Virus record (IMG/VR): IMGVR_UViG_3300049988_000124
Coordinates: 96,001 to 160,000 of that record
Strand: one strand, 5' to 3'
Source: a virus
Taxonomy: Duplodnaviria; Caudoviricetes
Length of the DNA stretch: 64,000 nt
Positions within the stretch are counted from its first letter, which is position 1; every line of letters starts with the position of its first letter. Both the position numbers and the translations under genes were made by a program. Of this stretch, positions 61,241-64,000 are shown one piece after another. The notes beneath the pieces are model-generated. The model saw nothing but the letters and a program-made list of their open reading frames with translations, did no database searches and was not told the DNA's origin.

Positions 61241-61906
61241 TTACACGTTAGTATCGAGGTGCATGGCCTGAAGGGTAGTCCTCAGTGTCTGCACTGACTT
61301 CACGCCCTGTGTGCCGAGCATCACGGATGTATCGGAGTCGCCGGTTTCCTCAATCTCAGACTTCATCTGAGCGTAAGCGGTAAGGTCACCCCCTCGCACC
61401 GAGATCATCTCGTGGAGCGTCTTGGTCAAGCCCTTCTCGGCAATCATCTGTGCCTGCGGGAAGGAAATGGCCGAACCCTTATCGGGCTTCACCACCTGAT
61501 CGGTCAAGGGGTTCAGACGCTTATCAGAATCAGGTACCGACAGACCATCCATCAGATACTGCTTCAAGCGGCGAACCGGAAGCTTCAAGACGTAGTATTT
61601 CTCCGGGGTCAGGCAGTAGCGACGACCAATGGGATCCCACAAGCGAAGACGCTCGAGTACCTGGACACCCAGGGCCTTGGCGACCTTGAAGGAAGCCTCC
61701 AGGCTGATCACCACCTTGAAGGGGGGAACCAGGAACTTCAGCTTGGCGTTCTTATTGTCGCGCAGGGTTTCCATGTAGCGATGAAACTCCTGGTCACTCA
61801 TGCCAGCGAAGAAGTCCTCGTACACCTTGCCGTTATACCCAGATGGGTCTTGCATGTTAATCATCTTCAGGATGAACTCCTGAATCTGCTGTCTCTTAGG
61901 GGTCAT
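61241..61906 (-). CDS. Virion RNA polymerase beta C-terminal subunit (phiKZ gp149 / SPN3US gp218-like)
   Basis: KR..I..FI, F.GMSD.EF..YM, TPEKY.VL.LPVRRL.Q, LT.QV...KG..IS.P, L.EM..VRGGD; likely start MTPKR at 61906. Confidence 0.85.
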   Translation of the reverse strand: MTPKRQQIQEFILKMINMQDPSGYNGKVYEDFFAGMSDQEFHRYMETLRDNKNAKLKFLVPPFKVVISLEASFKVAKALGVQVLERLRLWDPIGRRYCLTPEKYYVLKLPVRRLKQYLMDGLSVPDSDKRLNPLTDQVVKPDKGSAISFPQAQMIAEKGLTKTLHEMISVRGGDLTAYAQMKSEIEETGDSDTSVMLGTQGVKSVQTLRTTLQAMHLDTNV

Positions 61907-61953
61907 AATGCTGTTTACCAATCGCGATTGGGTTAAGTCATAAAATCACACGA

Positions 61954-61987
61954 CTGGTAGGAGAAGGGCTAATGCCCTCCTCCCCAG
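61954..61987. terminator. Imperfect GA-arm hairpin
   Basis: CTGGTAGGAGAAGGGC-TAAT-GCCCTCCTCCCCAG. Confidence 0.55.
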
Positions 61988-61992
61988 CTTGT

Positions 61993-62820
61993 TTACAAAT
62001 CAAAGTGCAGTTTGTTGTTCATCTCGAACTTAAGATCGATCCCGAGCGTTTCTGCCAACTCTACGGTCTCGTTCATCGATGCAAAGAAGCGGCGGAATAG
62101 TTCGCGCTTATTACCACCGGTTGGATCAAACATCTCTGGTGCACCACCATCGAGCACCTTCTTCGTAATACCCTTATCTGAGCTCCAATCAATCTTGTCG
62201 AACTGGCTCCAGTGACGAATGCACGAAACAAGATCAAACATTGACTTGTCTTTACCAACCACGCTGCCATCGAGATTGTATCGACGATCCTCGCTGTCGG
62301 AAAAGGTCACAGGCTTACCTGGAGCCGCAATAACACCAGTGATCGAGATCACCAGGCCCATGCGATTCAGATAATGAGACTTCTCACTAATCTCCGACTT
62401 ATCGGGGATAAGAGAAGCAAACCATGCTTTCATGGGCCAATGCTGGGGATGGACCCAGAGATAAGGCGACATTGGTTTGGTGGTTTGGCGAAGATCATCA
62501 GGGGCAATGACATCGACCAGATCACACGGGTTCTCTGTTTCAGGGAAACATTTTCCATCGGCGTAGAAGAGTTCGCCCTCGCTACTGTAATAGCGCAACC
62601 CTTCTTCATACTCAGCCGTACTTTGTTCGACCATTCCACAAAGGTCGACTCTGCGTGAACTCCTTGCCCGATAAGCCTGGGGTACCAGAAGCATCATAGA
62701 CGGGAGAAACGATGACACCAGTGAGCTCTCGCCCATACCGAGAATGTCAAGCATTCCACCCAGACCACCTTCTACTGGGTGACCCATACTCAAGAGCTGC
62801 CCAACTCCTTTAGCGTCCAT
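61993..62820 (-). CDS. Hypothetical protein
   Basis: 275 aa, GGAGGGTAGG SD. Confidence 0.7.
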   Translation of the reverse strand: MDAKGVGQLLSMGHPVEGGLGGMLDILGMGESSLVSSFLPSMMLLVPQAYRARSSRRVDLCGMVEQSTAEYEEGLRYYSSEGELFYADGKCFPETENPCDLVDVIAPDDLRQTTKPMSPYLWVHPQHWPMKAWFASLIPDKSEISEKSHYLNRMGLVISITGVIAAPGKPVTFSDSEDRRYNLDGSVVGKDKSMFDLVSCIRHWSQFDKIDWSSDKGITKKVLDGGAPEMFDPTGGNKRELFRRFFASMNETVELAETLGIDLKFEMNNKLHFDL

Positions 62821-62900
62821 TGGTAAGCCTACCCTCCTAAACTAAACTGTAACCGATGCAAACCCTACTCGTTGTTAACCACGTTCCCCCGATTCGTTAC

Positions 62901-63254
62901 TTAACCACCAATCCCCATGTGGTTCTCTACTGGCTGCTCGCGGCCATCCTTGACCGTGATTCCGCCAGCTGTATCGCGCTCGATCACGGCAACCTCATAG
63001 GGACCAACGAAGGCCAAAATGGGTAGCTCGGCAACCGAGTAATAGACCGTCTCAGGATGACTGAGCTTTGCCATGGTCTCATCAAAGAGCTGGTGCAGAC
63101 CATCAGGATCAGGCAGCTCTGTTGATGCTGGCATAAAGAGACAATACGCCATCTGGCTCGTCTCAGTGTCGACGAAAACCACGAGGTGTTCAGCCTCATT
63201 GGTGCCCGTAGACTTAATCAGATCATCAACATTCTTCGTTAGTGGCATGTGCAC
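62901..63254 (-). CDS. Hypothetical acidic protein
   Basis: About 115 aa, GGGAGG SD. Confidence 0.65.
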   Translation of the reverse strand: MHMPLTKNVDDLIKSTGTNEAEHLVVFVDTETSQMAYCLFMPASTELPDPDGLHQLFDETMAKLSHPETVYYSVAELPILAFVGPYEVAVIERDTAGGITVKDGREQPVENHMGIGG

Positions 63255-63290
63255 CTCCCGCTCACATTGTCAAAAAAATACAGGAAGATA

Positions 63291-63314
63291 GTGGGAGGCA
63301 TTGCAGCCTCCCAC
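63291..63314. terminator. GA-arm hairpin
   Basis: GTGGGAGGC-ATTGCA-GCCTCCCAC with a T-rich tail on the minus strand. Confidence 0.7.
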
Positions 63315-63333
63315 GTTTCTTCGATTGGATTAA

Positions 63334-63756
63334 CTATATCTCAATCCCACTAATGCCGATTTCCTGGGATGTCTCGAGACGCTTCTTGAGATCATCGATG
63401 GTATCATCTGTGGAAAAGGTAAGTTCTTCACCTGACATGCGATCCCTCAACCGGATGGAGATCGCCTCAATGTCGTAGCCCATTGCAATCAAGACGTTGC
63501 GCATCATGTTGATGGTCAACTTCCTGGGGTCCAGGAGGAACTTCCGGTCAGCCGCCGCTTTCTGGGAATGTTCCTTCTGGGTCTTGTTGGTGTTGTTGTT
63601 CTCGAGGTTGTGATGCGCGTAGCGCTTCAGGTAACCATCGTTGGTAATCTGCAATCCATGAAAGATCACACGAACCAACCGAGGAAGGTCTGGCGAGCTT
63701 ACCGACCGGACGTCTTCCTCTTCAAACATCAGCTTATTGCCACTGACTCGGCCCAT
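63334..63756 (-). CDS. Small conserved phiKZ-like protein, possibly DNA-binding
   Basis: 140 aa, AAGGAG SD; LLDPRKLTINMMRNVL..G resembles a small helical family of phiKZ-like phages. Confidence 0.55.
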   Translation of the reverse strand: MGRVSGNKLMFEEEDVRSVSSPDLPRLVRVIFHGLQITNDGYLKRYAHHNLENNNTNKTQKEHSQKAAADRKFLLDPRKLTINMMRNVLIAMGYDIEAISIRLRDRMSGEELTFSTDDTIDDLKKRLETSQEIGISGIEI

Positions 63757-64000
63757 GGCATAATGCTCCTTTTAAGTGAGTAACCGTATCTTGCAAACAA
63801 TCTGTGATAGTCAGAAGAGCGGGGTGCGGTTCAGTCGCTGCTTCGAAGATCAAGGTTACGTGCGTGAGATACAAGCCATAGAGAAGCGAGAACGCGAACA
63901 AGTCACCGTGGTCAGCGAGATATTGACTGGGGTGATGATGCTCACGCATCGCGATGTCGTGGAGATGCGCTTTGATCCCCGACTGCTGACGGCGCAGTTG
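63734..64000 (-). CDS. Partial hypothetical protein (5' end beyond the window)
   Basis: The frame of ORF 63734..63949 stays open to the window edge (QLRRQQSGIKAHLHDIAMREHH...). Confidence 0.5.
   Translation of the reverse strand, partial: QLRRQQSGIKAHLHDIAMREHHHPSQYLADHGDLFAFSLLYGLYLTHVTLIFEAATEPHPALLTITDCLQDTVTHLKGALCHGPSQWQ

Noticed and set aside
10453-63314. CRISPR array interpretation of the repeated palindromes
   Set aside because: Copies are kilobases apart, variable and tied to gene ends; there are no regularly spaced repeats or cas genes.

Overview
This window is part of a phiKZ-like (Chimalliviridae-type, likely nucleus-forming) jumbo myophage genome. All homology calls come from recalled family motifs and synteny; no database search was run. 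Bases 1-16 kb are a minus-strand accessory/early region: HNH endonuclease, BCS1-like AAA+ ATPase, HD alarmone-hydrolase-like protein, stand-alone CobT vWA domain, two tandem cyclic-phosphate receiver-like proteins, an M50 protease and a DUF4326-like protein. Bases 16-23 kb hold a beta-helix tailspike, a twin-arginine lipoprotein and class Ia nrdB/nrdA. Bases 23-51 kb are the morphogenesis core: large terminase carrying a 142-aa class 3 mini-intein, an InPase-ClpP fusion followed by a catalytically dead ClpP paralog, the gp175-like head protease inside a cluster of four paralogous inner-head proteins, a gp176-like virion RNAP subunit, gp26/27/28-like proteins, sheath, tube, portal and gp128/gp127-like proteins. 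Bases 51-64 kb hold an AT-richer accessory cassette, the non-virion RNAP subunit (gp123-like) and the virion RNAP beta C-terminal subunit (gp149-like). About 18 intergenic inverted repeats with GA-rich arms and four TATAT(T/C)AC-N5-TG early-promoter-like motifs are visible. CobT and RNR sequence types suggest an alphaproteobacterial host (inference). No tRNA or CRISPR array was found. The strongest novelty candidates are the ClpP/dead-ClpP pair with an InPase domain and a head-maturation motif, a 14-residue C-terminal peptide shared by two unrelated proteins despite heavy synonymous divergence, the Pro-initiated class 3 intein in the terminase Walker A, and modular propeptides in the inner-head paralogs.
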